Source of the DNA: Nitrospirota bacterium
Lineage (GTDB): Bacteria > Nitrospirota > UBA9217
DNA: 64,000 bases
Direction: 5' to 3'
Assembly: GCA_963790205.1 (NCBI GenBank)
Contig: CAWBNQ010000003.1
Span: 1-64,000 of the forward strand
Shown here one piece after another: positions 10,023-23,109 of the stretch. Numbering within the stretch: position 1 is the first letter of the stretch; each line of letters starts with the position of its first letter. The notes beneath the pieces are model-generated. The model saw nothing but the letters and a program-made list of their open reading frames with translations. It was not told the DNA's origin and did not search any database. Both the position numbers and the translations under genes were made by a program.

Positions 10023-10141
10023 CAAGCTCGAAACTCGAATATCGAAATACGAAACAAGTCTAAATTTCACAATGACGAAATCCAAAACGTTTAGGATTTA
10101 GAGATTAGGATTTCGAATTTGCCGTAACGGCGGGGGTAAAC

Positions 10142-11083
10142 GTGACAAAGATCGCGACAAGAGATGCATACGGGGATGCGCTGGTCAGCCTCGGGAAAAA
10201 ACGGAACGACGTGGTGGTGCTGGATGCCGACCTGTCGGGCTCGACCAAGACCTCGAAATTCGCCAAAGCCTTTCCAGACCGGTTCTTCAACATCGGCATT
10301 GCCGAGCAGGACATGATGGGCACCGCGGCGGGCCTTGCCATCGGAGGGAAGCTCCCCTTCGTGAGCACCTTCGCGGTCTTCGCCACCGGCCGGGCCTGGG
10401 AGCAGGTGCGGCAGTCCATCTGCTATCCGAACCTGAGCGTGAAGATCGTGGCAAGCCACGCGGGCGTCACCGTGGGCGAGGACGGCGGTTCGCACCAGTC
10501 CGTCGAGGACATCGCCGTGATGCGGGTGATCCCGCACATGACCGTGATCGTCCCCGCCGACGGGCCCGAGACCATGCAGGCCATCGAGGCCGCGGCCGAA
10601 CACAAGGGCCCCTGCTACGTGCGCGTGGGGAGGAACAAGGTGCCGACGCTCTTTGGCGAGGACTATACATTCAAGATCGGCAAGGCCCATGTGTTCCATG
10701 AGGGAAAGGACGCGGCGATCATTGCAACAGGCATCATGGTTGCCGAGGCGCTCAAGGCGCGCGACCTCTTGAAGGCCGAGGGGATCGACGCGGGCGTGAT
10801 CAACATGTCGACGATCAAGCCGCTCGATGCCGGCGCCGTGATTGCTGCGGCCAGACGATGCGGCGCGGTCGTGACCGCTGAAGAACACTCCATCATCGGG
10901 GGCCTGGGCGGCGCCGTGGCGGAAGTGCTCGCCGAGTCCGCGCCGGTACCCTTGGTGCGTATCGGCGTCAAGGACACCTTCGGCACGTCCGGCGACCAAG
11001 AGGGGCTCCTGAAGCACTACGGCCTTTCTGCAAATGATATCGCGAAGGCTGTAAAAGAAGTCATAAAAAAGAAGAAAGCGTGA
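10142..11083 (+). CDS. transketolase, C-terminal subunit
   Basis: GIAEQ, GEDGGSHQ, EEHSIIGGLG; GTG start. Confidence 0.95.
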   Translation: MTKIATRDAYGDALVSLGKKRNDVVVLDADLSGSTKTSKFAKAFPDRFFNIGIAEQDMMGTAAGLAIGGKLPFVSTFAVFATGRAWEQVRQSICYPNLSVKIVASHAGVTVGEDGGSHQSVEDIAVMRVIPHMTVIVPADGPETMQAIEAAAEHKGPCYVRVGRNKVPTLFGEDYTFKIGKAHVFHEGKDAAIIATGIMVAEALKARDLLKAEGIDAGVINMSTIKPLDAGAVIAAARRCGAVVTAEEHSIIGGLGGAVAEVLAESAPVPLVRIGVKDTFGTSGDQEGLLKHYGLSANDIAKAVKEVIKKKKA

Positions 11084-11160
11084 TGCAGGATGCATGATGC
11101 AAGCTGCAGTTTACGCCTTTTTTCCGCGTATCATGGATCCTGCATCAATGAATCAGTCTT

Positions 11161-11868
11161 ATGATCCAGCTCCACCGGGTGACAAAGCAGTATGAAGGCG
11201 TTCCCGCCCTGCGCGAGGTCAGTTTTTCCGTGGCGAAGGGCGAGTTTGTCTTCGTCACCGGCCCGAGCGGAGCGGGCAAGACGACGCTGCTCAAGATCCT
11301 TTTCTGCGCCGAGCACGCGGACGAGGGGCAGATCATCATCCAGGGCATGAACACCTTCAGGCTCCACGCGTCGAGCATCCCCTATCTCCGGCGCAACATG
11401 GGGTTCGTGTTCCAGGACTACAAACTGTTGCCGCACAAGACCGTGTTCGAGAACATCGCGCTCGCCCTCAAGGTGGTCGGTGCGCCCTACGGGGATATCG
11501 AGCGGCGCGCGTACCAGGTGCTCAAGAAGGTCGGCATGGAAGCGAAGCGTCACCTGGTCCCTCCCAAGCTCTCGGGAGGGGAACAGCAGCGCGTGGCCAT
11601 AGCGCGGGCGCTCGTAAACGAGCCCCTCGTGCTCCTTGCCGACGAGCCGACGGGCAACCTCGACCCCCAGAGCGGCCAGGAAGTGTTTCGTCTGTTCAGG
11701 GACATCAACATGAAAGGTACGACGGTGGTCGTGGCCACGCACGACTGGGAGACGGTCAGAAAAATGCAGCGCCGGATCATCATGATGGAGCGCGGCAGGG
11801 TCAGCGACGACGGCAGTCACGCGACGCAGCGCCCGCCGGCGGAGCGGACGAATCAAACAACGGGATAG
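11161..11868 (+). CDS. ftsE: cell division ATP-binding protein FtsE
   Basis: [35 protein letters not shown]; precedes ftsX. Confidence 0.95.
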   Translation: MIQLHRVTKQYEGVPALREVSFSVAKGEFVFVTGPSGAGKTTLLKILFCAEHADEGQIIIQGMNTFRLHASSIPYLRRNMGFVFQDYKLLPHKTVFENIALALKVVGAPYGDIERRAYQVLKKVGMEAKRHLVPPKLSGGEQQRVAIARALVNEPLVLLADEPTGNLDPQSGQEVFRLFRDINMKGTTVVVATHDWETVRKMQRRIIMMERGRVSDDGSHATQRPPAERTNQTTG

Positions 11869-11894
11869 CGGCCCGCGCGGGTTTTGAGGAACCA

Positions 11895-12779
11895 TTGAAA
11901 GGGTACGGCCTCTTCTACTTTATATCCGAAGCGTTTCGCGGCCTCCGCGCCAACAGCCTCGTGAACCTGCTCGCCGTGGGTACGATCAGCATGGCCATGC
12001 TGATCGTGGGGTTTTTTCTGCTTGCCTTTATCAACCTGCATGCCGTCGTAAACACGCTGGGCGACCGGCTTGAGATCTCCGTTTACCTCAAAGAGGGGAC
12101 CACCGGTCACGAGAAGGACTTTTTGCTGGACCGGCTCAAGGCGGAACCGGGCGTCAAAAAGGTCACGTACCTTTCCAAGGCCGAGGCGCTGGCGCTTTTC
12201 AGGAAAGAGTTGAAGGGGCAGGAGCCATTGCTTCAGGGCCTGGGCGAGAACCCGCTCCCTGATTCTTATGAAATAAGCGTTGACCTCCGCTCCGCCGCCG
12301 ACCGGATCGAGGCGATGGCCAAAAAATTCTCCGGCTATCCCGGCGTGGAGGACGTGTCCTACGGGAAAGAGGGGGCAAAAGTGCTGTCCGGCCTGTTCAT
12401 GCTCGTCACGTACGGCGGCGCTGCGATCGCCGTCCTGCTCGGCGTGTCCGTGGTGTTCATTATCTCCAACTCGGTGCGGCTCGCCCTTTATTCCCGCGGG
12501 CAGGAGATCGAGCTCATGCAGTGGATCGGCGCCACCCGGGGGTTCATCCAGGGGCCCTTTCTTATCGAGGGGATGATGCTTGCGATGCTCGGCTCGGCGC
12601 TGGCCGTGGGCATCATAGCCGCGGTGTATTATGCCCTGCCGCAGGAGACCTTGCTTTTCCTCTCAAGGCCGAACGGGCTGGATTTTTTGCCGCCGTCGGT
12701 GGTACTATATATGATTATCGGCGGGAGCCTGCTCGGTCTGGCGGGCGCCCTGGTCTCCGTTACGAGGTTCCTGGAATAG
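11895..12779 (+). CDS. ftsX: cell division permease FtsX
   Basis: ENPLPDS, IISNSVRL..EIELM..GAT..FIQGPFLIEG; TTG start. Confidence 0.93.
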   Translation: MKGYGLFYFISEAFRGLRANSLVNLLAVGTISMAMLIVGFFLLAFINLHAVVNTLGDRLEISVYLKEGTTGHEKDFLLDRLKAEPGVKKVTYLSKAEALALFRKELKGQEPLLQGLGENPLPDSYEISVDLRSAADRIEAMAKKFSGYPGVEDVSYGKEGAKVLSGLFMLVTYGGAAIAVLLGVSVVFIISNSVRLALYSRGQEIELMQWIGATRGFIQGPFLIEGMMLAMLGSALAVGIIAAVYYALPQETLLFLSRPNGLDFLPPSVVLYMIIGGSLLGLAGALVSVTRFLE

Positions 12780-12794
12780 AGGTGCTGTTTCGAT

Positions 12795-12958
12795 CAGGAT
12801 GCGAAAGAGCCCTGAATTCCGGAGTGAGCGCATTCCCCGCAGATACCGAGAGGACGAGAGGAGCCTTCATTTGCTGCGGGAAGCTTAATCCCCTGGTTTC
12901 TTCAGGCTCAAGCAGAGGTCCCGTTACCGCGTAAGCGGATTTGGCCGCGTCCGGGTTT
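12795..12958 (+). ncRNA. candidate rod-shaped structured RNA, possibly 6S-like
   Basis: Nested pairings ggatgcg/cgcgtcc, gagccctgaa/ttcaggctc and ttccccgcag/ctgcgggaa, plus a ccgc-GTAA-gcgg hairpin. Confidence 0.35.
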
Positions 12959-12988
12959 CGTTCCATATCTTGGAGATGAAGAAAGGGC

Positions 12989-14170
12989 ATGAGAAATCCC
13001 GTTATAGCCATTCTCGTCTTCGCGCTGGTCCTTTCCGCGGTCACGGGAGCCCGGCATGCCGCGGCCGGTGAGGCGGGTGGCAATAAAAAAGAGCTCCAGC
13101 GCATCAAGCGCGAGATGCGGGATAAGAAGAAGAAGATCAAGCGGGCGGACAAAAAAGCGCGTTCGATCCTCACTGAGCTCGACAGGATAGACCGGGGCAT
13201 TCAGGCGGCCAAGGCCGAACTCGCAGGGCAGCAGATACAGCTGCGCGAAGCAGAAACGGCGCTCCAGGACATTGAAAAGAGCAATGCCCGGATCAACAGC
13301 GACCTCGTCGGCCTGAAGAAGTCATACGCCGGTCGGGTCAGGGCGCTTTACAAGATGAGCAGAAGCGGCTACGCAATGGCGGTGCTTGCCTCGGACAGCC
13401 TGGACGACGGGCTCAAGCGGATCAAGTATCTCGGCATCATTACTGAACGGGACCGCGCGCTCATGCGGGAGTACGGCAGCGCCCTGAACGCGCTGGCGGT
13501 CCGGCAGGCCGGGATCTCCGAAAAGAAGGAAGCGATCCTCGGGCACAAGCGGGCGATCGAAGCCCAGGAAGCGGAGCTCCAGTCCCGCAAGCGGAAGAAG
13601 GCGGTTCTCCTGGCGAGCGTGCGGGAAGAAAAAGGCCTGTACCAACAGACCCTCCGTGAGCTCGAAGAATCTTCGGTGAGCCTGTGGGCCATGATCAAGA
13701 AGGCCGAGCAGGAACGCAAAGCAGCGAAGGCCGTTCGCCTTTTTCCGCCGAAGGCGGCACGCGACGCAGGTCCCGGCACGGGCAGGCTTCCCTGGCCCGC
13801 GGACGGCCGGGTGCTTACCCGCTTCGGCATGCAGCGTCATCCGCAGTTCAATACCATGGTGTTTCGCCGGGGCATCGAGATCGCGGTCCGCGAAGGAGAG
13901 CCTGTCCGGGCCGTGAGCGATGGGCAGGTGGTGTACGCGGACTGGTACAAAGGATACGGGAAGCTCGTGATCATCGAGCACGGGCCGGGATTTTACACGC
14001 TCTACGGCAACCTCTCCAGGCTGGACCTGAACAAGGGAGACCCCGTGAGCAGGGGCCAGGTGCTCGGGCTTGCGGGGGATACGGGGAGCTTGAAGGGGGC
14101 GAAGTTGTATTTCGAGATACGCCGGAACGGGGAGGCGCAGGACCCCCTCGCCTGGCTGGCAAAGCGCTAA
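12989..14170 (+). CDS. envC: murein hydrolase activator EnvC (coiled coil + degenerate M23)
   Basis: Signal peptide, long coiled coil, LPWPADG..GIEI..YGNL..LYFEIR; follows ftsEX. Confidence 0.92.
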   Translation: MRNPVIAILVFALVLSAVTGARHAAAGEAGGNKKELQRIKREMRDKKKKIKRADKKARSILTELDRIDRGIQAAKAELAGQQIQLREAETALQDIEKSNARINSDLVGLKKSYAGRVRALYKMSRSGYAMAVLASDSLDDGLKRIKYLGIITERDRALMREYGSALNALAVRQAGISEKKEAILGHKRAIEAQEAELQSRKRKKAVLLASVREEKGLYQQTLRELEESSVSLWAMIKKAEQERKAAKAVRLFPPKAARDAGPGTGRLPWPADGRVLTRFGMQRHPQFNTMVFRRGIEIAVREGEPVRAVSDGQVVYADWYKGYGKLVIIEHGPGFYTLYGNLSRLDLNKGDPVSRGQVLGLAGDTGSLKGAKLYFEIRRNGEAQDPLAWLAKR

Positions 14171-14221
14171 AATGACACAAACGGAGAGAACCGCATGAAG
14201 ATATTCGTGGAGGAAGGCGAC

Positions 14222-15589
14222 ATGATCAAGATCAATAGAAAAAAATTCATTGTAACGGCGCTCGTACTGTTGCTGACCGGGACCTTTGTCCTGCTCACGA
14301 CCGGGATTCTGATCGGGCAGGAGGCGGTCCAGGCAAGGTCCGGGACCTATGAGGAGCTCAAGGCGTTCACGCAGGCGCTCGAGCTCGTTCAGCGCAACTA
14401 TGTGGAAAATCCCGACTCAAAGGAACTGGTCGAGGGGGCCATCCGCGGGATGATCGCGGGCCTCGATCCGCATTCATCGTACATGACCGAGCGGCAGTTC
14501 AAAGAGATGAGCCTGGACATCAAGGGCGAGTTCCAGGGCGTCGGCATCCAGATCGGCATGAAGAACTCCCAGCTTACGATCATCGCCCCGATCGAGGGGA
14601 CCCCCGGCGACCGGGCGGGGCTTGCCGCGGGCGATAAGATCCTCAAGATCAACGACCAGTGGACCAAGGACCTGTCAATCGACCAGGCCGTGGACAAGAT
14701 GCGCGGCCCCAAAGGCACCGACGTGCGGCTTCTCATCCTTCGCGAGGGATGGGACAAGCCCAGGGAGTTCAAGATCACCCGTGACACGATCAAGGTGCAG
14801 AGCGTCAAGTCGAAGATGCTCGATGACGGGATCGGCTACGTGAAGCTCATCCAGTTCCAGGGGCAGACGGCCTCCGAGCTCGAGACGGCCCTCAAAGGGC
14901 TCGAAGCCAAGGGAGTCAAGAAGCTCATCCTCGACATGCGAAACAATCCCGGCGGCATCCTCGACACCTCGGTGGACGTGAGCGGCAAGTTCCTGCCCAA
15001 GGACAAACTCGTGGTCTATCTTCAGGGCAGGCAGAAGACGGACCGGAAGGATTACCTGACCACGAGTTCGGAGCCGCCGCGCGAATATCCCATGGTCGTG
15101 CTCGTGAACGCGGGCAGCGCCAGCGCCTCGGAAATCGTCGCCGGCGCGCTCCAGGATTCGAAACGAGCGCTGATCCTGGGCACGCAGACCTTCGGCAAGG
15201 GTTCGGTCCAGACCGTGTTCCCTCTCGATGACGGCGGGGGCATCCGGCTCACGACGGCGAAGTACTACACGCCGAGCGGCCGCTCGATCCAGAACGTCGG
15301 TATTACGCCCGACGTTGAGGTGGATCTGCCGACGGTGAAAGAGCCGAAAGACGGCGAGCCGGTGCATATCATGGTGCGGGAGAAGGACCTCGAGCATCAT
15401 CTCAAGAACGAGACCGTCAAGGAGAAAAAGGAGAAGCCTTCGAGCGAAGAGAATTTCCCCATGGAGGTGATGCCCAAGGACGACAAAGACGATATCCAGC
15501 TCCAGAAGGCGATCGAAATATTGAAAATGGCCACCAGGCCGGACGATGTATTTAAAAACATACCTGTTGCGGTGAAAAAGGAAAAATGA
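14222..15589 (+). CDS. ctpA: C-terminal processing protease, S41 family with PDZ domain
   Basis: LDPHSSY, DMRNNPGG, SASASEIVAGALQD, TFGKGSVQ. Start may be 14195. Confidence 0.95.
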   Translation: MIKINRKKFIVTALVLLLTGTFVLLTTGILIGQEAVQARSGTYEELKAFTQALELVQRNYVENPDSKELVEGAIRGMIAGLDPHSSYMTERQFKEMSLDIKGEFQGVGIQIGMKNSQLTIIAPIEGTPGDRAGLAAGDKILKINDQWTKDLSIDQAVDKMRGPKGTDVRLLILREGWDKPREFKITRDTIKVQSVKSKMLDDGIGYVKLIQFQGQTASELETALKGLEAKGVKKLILDMRNNPGGILDTSVDVSGKFLPKDKLVVYLQGRQKTDRKDYLTTSSEPPREYPMVVLVNAGSASASEIVAGALQDSKRALILGTQTFGKGSVQTVFPLDDGGGIRLTTAKYYTPSGRSIQNVGITPDVEVDLPTVKEPKDGEPVHIMVREKDLEHHLKNETVKEKKEKPSSEENFPMEVMPKDDKDDIQLQKAIEILKMATRPDDVFKNIPVAVKKEK

Positions 15590-15633
15590 TTTAATCTCTT
15601 TTATTGCAAACATTGTAAATTGTTAATCTATTG

Positions 15634-15668
15634 AAAAAGCAGGGCTTTATGCCCTGCTTTTCTTTTTT
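15634..15668 (+). terminator. intrinsic terminator
   Basis: aaaagcagggc-ttat-gccctgctttt followed by a T-run. Confidence 0.75.
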
Positions 15669-15791
15669 ACCTATCTTTTGATAAAACATCAGCATTCCCT
15701 GGTATTTCCCGTAATTTCCGCTTATAAACAGGTTAAAATTGCCTAAAACAGCTTAAATTCAGGTTTGCAATTTTTTCAATCGGGCAATATA

Positions 15792-15818
15792 TTAGCACTC
15801 GCCATAAATGAGTGCTAA
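15792..15818 (+). promoter_or_regulatory. CIRCE element (HrcA operator)
   Basis: Perfect TTAGCACTC-N9-GAGTGCTAA upstream of groES. Confidence 0.97.
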
Positions 15819-15884
15819 AATAGAAAATACGGCAAATGTTCCTCATGAAAAAAATCAATATCAAACGAGAAAGGAGTAGAGAAG

Positions 15885-16151
15885 ATGAGCGTTAAATTCA
15901 AGCCTTTAAAAGACAGGGTGTTCGTAAGCTATACCGCGGAGCTGGAAAAGACAGCAGGGGGCCTTTATATTCCCGACACCGCAAAAGAGAAGCCGCAGAG
16001 CGGCAAAGTGGAGGCCGTGGGCGACGAGGTGAAGTCCCTCAAAGTCGGGGACAAGGTCCTCTTCGACCGCTACTCGGGCTCGAAGATCAATCTCGACAAC
16101 GTCGAGTACCTGATCGTCAAGGAAGAGGATGTTCTCGGGGTCCTGGCCTAG
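15885..16151 (+). CDS. groES: co-chaperonin GroES
   Basis: KPLKDRV, TAGGLYIPDTAKEKPQ. Confidence 0.97.
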   Translation: MSVKFKPLKDRVFVSYTAELEKTAGGLYIPDTAKEKPQSGKVEAVGDEVKSLKVGDKVLFDRYSGSKINLDNVEYLIVKEEDVLGVLA

Positions 16152-16212
16152 GAGATTTAACGACAAGGCGTCTCTCGCAAAGCACGCAAAGGGTTATACA
16201 ATTTAAATTTAG

Positions 16213-17946
<1,734 letters not shown>

Positions 17947-17989
17947 GAGACATGAACAAGTTTCCTTTCACGAGGAAGTGAAGCAACGA

Positions 17990-18024
17990 GGCCGGCAGAG
18001 AAACTATCTCTGCCGGTTTTTTTT
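17990..18024 (+). terminator. groEL intrinsic terminator
   Basis: ccggcagaga-aacta-tctctgccgg followed by T8. Confidence 0.9.
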
Positions 18025-18076
18025 GTGGCAATTGAGGAGTGTAGTATTTGACGCATTTGAACGGCGCAAGGCGTCA

Positions 18077-18144
18077 TTGAAAATATAACTTTCCTTATTT
18101 TCAATAATATGATAAATTGCAAATATAATATTTCTTATTTTCAG
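18077..18144. promoter_or_regulatory. two tandem palindromic boxes upstream of fic (putative operators)
   Basis: ttgaaaata-N10-tattttcaa (18077-18104) and ttgcaaata-N10-tattttcag (18117-18144). Confidence 0.55.
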
Positions 18145-18154
18145 GTCCCAAGCC

Positions 18155-19285
18155 ATGCAAAACGTCTATAAATCGGGAACATACAAACAACAATACCAGT
18201 ATAAGAGCTTCAGCCCCTCTTTTATCAATCAGGTGCTCGAATGGCGCGATCGAAAGATCAACGTCATGCTGGAGGATGCCATGAGGCTTGTCGGGGAATT
18301 AAATGCCTATTCCCTGCTCGTGCCGGACGTGGAATTCTTCATTCAAATGCATGTCGCCAAGGAAGCTACGACCTCGAGTCGTATCGAGGGCACCCAGACG
18401 GGCCTCGATGAGGCAATCCTGCCGAAGGAAGAGATCGAACCGGAACGCCGGGATGATTGGCGTGAGGTGCAGAACTACATAAAAGCACTGAACCATGCCA
18501 TTACTGAATTAAAGAGCCTGCCGCTCTCCATGCGGTTGCTGAAGAATACGCATACGACACTGATGGCCGGTGTCCGAGGCGGCTATAAATCACCAGGTGA
18601 GATCCGCACAAGCCAGAACTGGATCGGGGGATCGAATCTGAAGGATGCTTTCTTTGTGCCCCCTCATCCCGACGAACTGCCCGCACTTTTAACAGATCTT
18701 GAGAAGTTCTGGCATAATGACAATCTCGATATGCCATTTCTAATCAAGGTCGCTTTGAGCCACTATCAGTTCGAAACGATTCATCCCTTTCTCGATGGGA
18801 ACGGCAGGATTGGGAGACTTCTCATTGCGCTTCATCTGGTGGAGCGGAAGGTTCTGCAGAAGCCTACACTTTATCTGTCGGCATTTTTTGAGAAGCACAA
18901 AGGTTCGTATTACGATTCACTGACGCTTGTGCGAGCATCGAATGATATCGAACAGTGGATAAAATTCTTCCTGTCGGGTGTAATAGAAACGGCGGGGAAT
19001 GGGATCGAGACGTTCGAGCGTATCATTGCACTTCGGCAGAAGTACGAGAAGAAGATCATGACGCTGGGAAGCCGAGCCGAAATGGGACAACGGTTGCTCC
19101 TGGCCCTGTTATCCCGGCCGTATATGAATGCTCACCGTATAGCAAAAGAGCTGGATGTTTCCTTCGCAACCAGCACAAGGATCATCAAGGATTTCCAGAG
19201 GCTGGGGATATTAAAGGAGATTACTGGCTTTTCCCGCAATCGGTATTTTTCGCTTGCGGAATATCTCGCGTTGTTTACGAAGTAG
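18155..19285 (+). CDS. Fic family protein (N-terminal inhibitory helix, C-terminal wHTH)
   Basis: [12 protein letters not shown] catalytic motif; SSRIEGT motif. Confidence 0.95.
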   Translation: MQNVYKSGTYKQQYQYKSFSPSFINQVLEWRDRKINVMLEDAMRLVGELNAYSLLVPDVEFFIQMHVAKEATTSSRIEGTQTGLDEAILPKEEIEPERRDDWREVQNYIKALNHAITELKSLPLSMRLLKNTHTTLMAGVRGGYKSPGEIRTSQNWIGGSNLKDAFFVPPHPDELPALLTDLEKFWHNDNLDMPFLIKVALSHYQFETIHPFLDGNGRIGRLLIALHLVERKVLQKPTLYLSAFFEKHKGSYYDSLTLVRASNDIEQWIKFFLSGVIETAGNGIETFERIIALRQKYEKKIMTLGSRAEMGQRLLLALLSRPYMNAHRIAKELDVSFATSTRIIKDFQRLGILKEITGFSRNRYFSLAEYLALFTK

Positions 19286-19299
19286 GAGCGATTAGATGA

Positions 19300-19510
19300 A
19301 CCAGAGCGACGCAGTCCGCGCGCCAGAATGCAGCTTCAGTAGCGAGCCTCATGCTCACCACGGAAGTCATGATCGCCGATATGCCCGAAGAGAAGGGTGC
19401 AGGCGGCATGGGCGGTATGGGCGGAATGTACTAAGAGAAATGAACAAGTTTCCTTTCACGAGGGAATGAACCACGAAGGCCGGCAGAGAAACTATCTCTG
19501 CCGGCCTTTT
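19300..19510 (+). repeat. diverged duplicate of the groEL 3' end plus its terminator
   Basis: Encodes ...[36 protein letters not shown] (stop 19434), followed by the same 3' UTR and hairpin as 17947-18016. Confidence 0.95.
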
Positions 19511-22500
19511 CTTTTTAGAGGCAATGCAAGAAGAAGCACCTTTGGGAAATGATAACAAAGTAGACCTAAAACCTATCGAAAATCCAGAATCAATATTTAT
19601 TGACAGTGGGGCTCATTAATGTCTCTTTCAAACATTTCATTACGTAAGCCTAAAAACTGGCAAGATTTCGAAGATAATACCCGTGTGCTGCTTGCATGCG
19701 TATTGAACAATCCCAAGACGCAGCAGAATGGCCGATCGGGCCAAAAACAAAGTGGTGTTGATGTTTACGGTTATAGAAGTGCTGATCAGCTTGTAGGCGT
19801 TCAATGTAAAAAGAAATATGAAAAAGAAGTAACGAGCGAAGAACTTTACGCCGAGGTAAATAAAGCGAAAACATTCAAGCCCAAACTGTCTGAGTTTATT
19901 CTTGTTACAACTGCACCGCGTGATCAACAAATACAGGAAGCGGCCCGACTTATAACAGAGGAGTTGGCTCGAACCGATCACCCAATGCACGTATCTGTGT
20001 GGGGGTGGGAAGATGTCGAGGCACATGCTTCAAAGCACGAGAAAGCATGGAAGGCATTTGATCCCACTTGGAATCCCTTCTCCCAAAAAGTTTTAGAAAC
20101 AGTTCAAGAGCTGAAACAGTCTGTTGACCGTATGCAGAAAGAAATGAGATCACCCTCATCGGCGCCAACGGACTTACCATTAAATGAAAGTGATGAGAAT
20201 ACTCCTCGCCACGGACAAATAACTGCACTTCAGAAGTTTATTGATGAAGGCTTCGTTAAGGCAGCTCTCCCACAGCTTATAAAGTTAAAAAACGACGAGT
20301 GGGCAATTGCGAGTCGGTCGGAGCGCTATAGAATTTTAGTTGGTATCGCATCTGCGAAATTAAAACTCGGACATCAGAAGGAAGCAGGCAACCAACTATT
20401 AGATGCCTATAACGAATGTCCTGAGCATAAAAATGCACGCAAAAACAGAGCGACAGGTTTTTTGTTAACGGGCGATATCAAGAAAGCAGCTGAACTGGGA
20501 CGTGAATTGTTGGTGGCTGACAGAAGCAATGCAGTCGCGGCCCGAATCCTGATTCAATCGCGGATTGACGATAGAACTTGTGAAAACCCGCTCGATGATG
20601 TTCCTGTCGAACTAATTGAGTCAGAAGATGTGTTAATCGCCCATATTCAATTTCTCTGGAGCAGGGACAATCCCGAATGGACAACGCTTGCAAAGTCGGC
20701 CTTTGCGAAATATCCCAACAGTCGGATGTTAAAACTTTTTTTTGCAGAAGCTGTACTGTACGGACTAGTTCGAACAGATCGGGATGCGATCGCAGGCGGA
20801 ATTCTCCGCAACGTTACAACTGCTGAATTTGACGGAGCGGTCGAAACACTATATTTAGAGGCCCGCGCAGCTATCGATAAGGGGTATGCTCTAGTTCCAT
20901 CCCTCGCCCACAATGCTGCATTGGCGATTCGATTTTCCAGTGACCATTCAAGAGCTAAAGAAATTTTAGATGTTTCGATAGAGCAATACCCGGACGATGA
21001 AAAGCTCCGGCTACAACGTGCGGTTATAGCTTTAGAAGAACACGATCGTGTTGGGGCGCTAAAGGTATTGCCAAACAAGCCAACAGATCCTGAAGTTATA
21101 GGTATCTTAGCCGAAGTACTAGCTGTCTCAGGGGAACAAGATAAAGCGCTTGCCTTAATCGACGGCTCAGACCAAGCTAAAATGCCGAAACATGTTAAAA
21201 TCGGATTCCTAGCTGTCCGTGTGCGTACATACATAGCGAAAGGCGAGAAGCAACTTGCAATCGATGAAATTAAACGCCGGGTAACAGCGGAACCCAACGA
21301 TCTTACTCTCAGACTCTTACTGATACATACCTTCAGTTCTTTGGGAGATAATGACAACGCAGAAATCGCTTTTAAAGAAGCGCTTTCATTAGTCAAAGAT
21401 CAAGCTGGGCTGCCATCGCGCCTGGCGTTGAGTTTCGAGGCTCAGCAACTGGGCCATTATGATGCAATCATCGGGCTCTTGAAAGACCGTGTCGCAACGG
21501 ATCGCGAAAGTGAAGGCCTGCACACTCTGATTGCAGCTTCAATTAATTCGGGTCATTGGGTTTTAGCCCGCTCAATACTAGATGCAATTTCTCCGAACCT
21601 TCGTGGACGAGAGTGGTTCCTTAAAGCAGATGCGATTCTTGCAATAAATACTGGCGACCAAACGACAGATGAAAAGATTGCAAAATATCTCACACACTAC
21701 CCAAACGATGCAAGAATGATATTGGCGAGGATTGGAGTTTGGCAAAGAAGCGGACGGGATAGCGACATACGGAACTTGCTGCAACGTCTTACTCTTGCTG
21801 ATTTGGTTGGTCAACCCACAGAGCGCATTCATGTTGCCACGTTGATGACCCATTATGGAGAAGCTTTGAAAGGCCTCGAATATGCCTACTCTGTCCTCAT
21901 GAATAATTGGAATATTCCCGAGGCACATCTTGCATATCATGGCCTAATTTTGCTTAATGAAAACATTGCGTCAGTAATGCCTTCGGCGAATGTTGTTGCA
22001 GAGAATACAGTGGTCTGCCTTCGGGCTGACGACGGTGAAAGAAGGTACCGGATTGAGAAAGAGCCGTACGCATTTTTTGCGGACGAGCACATAACGTCAA
22101 ATAGCGACCTCGCCATAGCCCTCCTCGGAAGGAAGCCGGGCGACAAAATTGACCTGCAAGATCGCATCGGTTCTAAACCCGTTGAAGTGAGTTGGATTAA
22201 GCCGATCTACATTGATGCCTTCCATCGCTCGCTAGAGCAATTTAATGTACGCTTCCCTCGCGCTAACGGATTACAAACATTTAAGTTCGACGCCAGTGCC
22301 CCTGACCCCTTGGAGGACATCCGAGCTATTACAAGGGCTCGCGCGGAGGCCGATCAGCGTATTCTCGCAGAGTATCAATCAAAGAATATTCCGCTTTCGT
22401 TCGCAGCCGCACTTATTGGGAAAGATCCTTTAGAAGCATGGGGTGCCTTACAGTCCGTCGATATACAGTTTCAGGTATGCCGTGGTACGCACCCAGAGCG

Positions 22501-23109
22501 TGAAGAGGCACTACAGATTATTCGAAAGAATAACCGGAAAGGATGTGTCTTGGATGCAATTACACTATCGGTGGTTCGCCGCTTAGGTGTTGAAAAAGCA
22601 GTCACTGAGGTATGCGGTCCAATCTATACGCCGCAGGCCGTCATGGATCTCCTGGCAGTCCGCGCATTGGAAGCAAAACATAACATTGGGAAAAAGCAAG
22701 GGTTCATGGCCTGGCGTGAGGATCGTTTGGTTTTTCAAGAATATTCTGATGAGGCCTTGAAGATTGCGTCTGACGAGTGTGAGAAAGAGATTGCTTGGGC
22801 GCGGAGCGCAGTCAGGATAGCGCCTACAATGCCAAAGAAAGATTTTTCAACAGAAGTTCGTAGAGCAATCGATATGGTAGGTAACATAGTCTGCGACCCA
22901 GCAGCTGCGGCTGATGGCAATGAACTTTTACTTTTATCAGAAGACATGGGCTTCCGAATTTGGTCCGCAGCGACCTTCAAGATTTCTACTACATGGTTGC
23001 AGCCCGTGCTGATCGCTGCGCGGGATCAAGGAATCCTTGCAGCAGATGAATACTGTAAAGCTATAAATATGCTCGCATTAGGCGGTCATACCTATATTTC
23101 CCTTGATCC

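Noticed and set aside
12778..12960. Lysine riboswitch (AGAGGTGC start)
   Set aside because: Lacks the AGUA/loop E and downstream conserved motifs; the downstream gene is unrelated to lysine.
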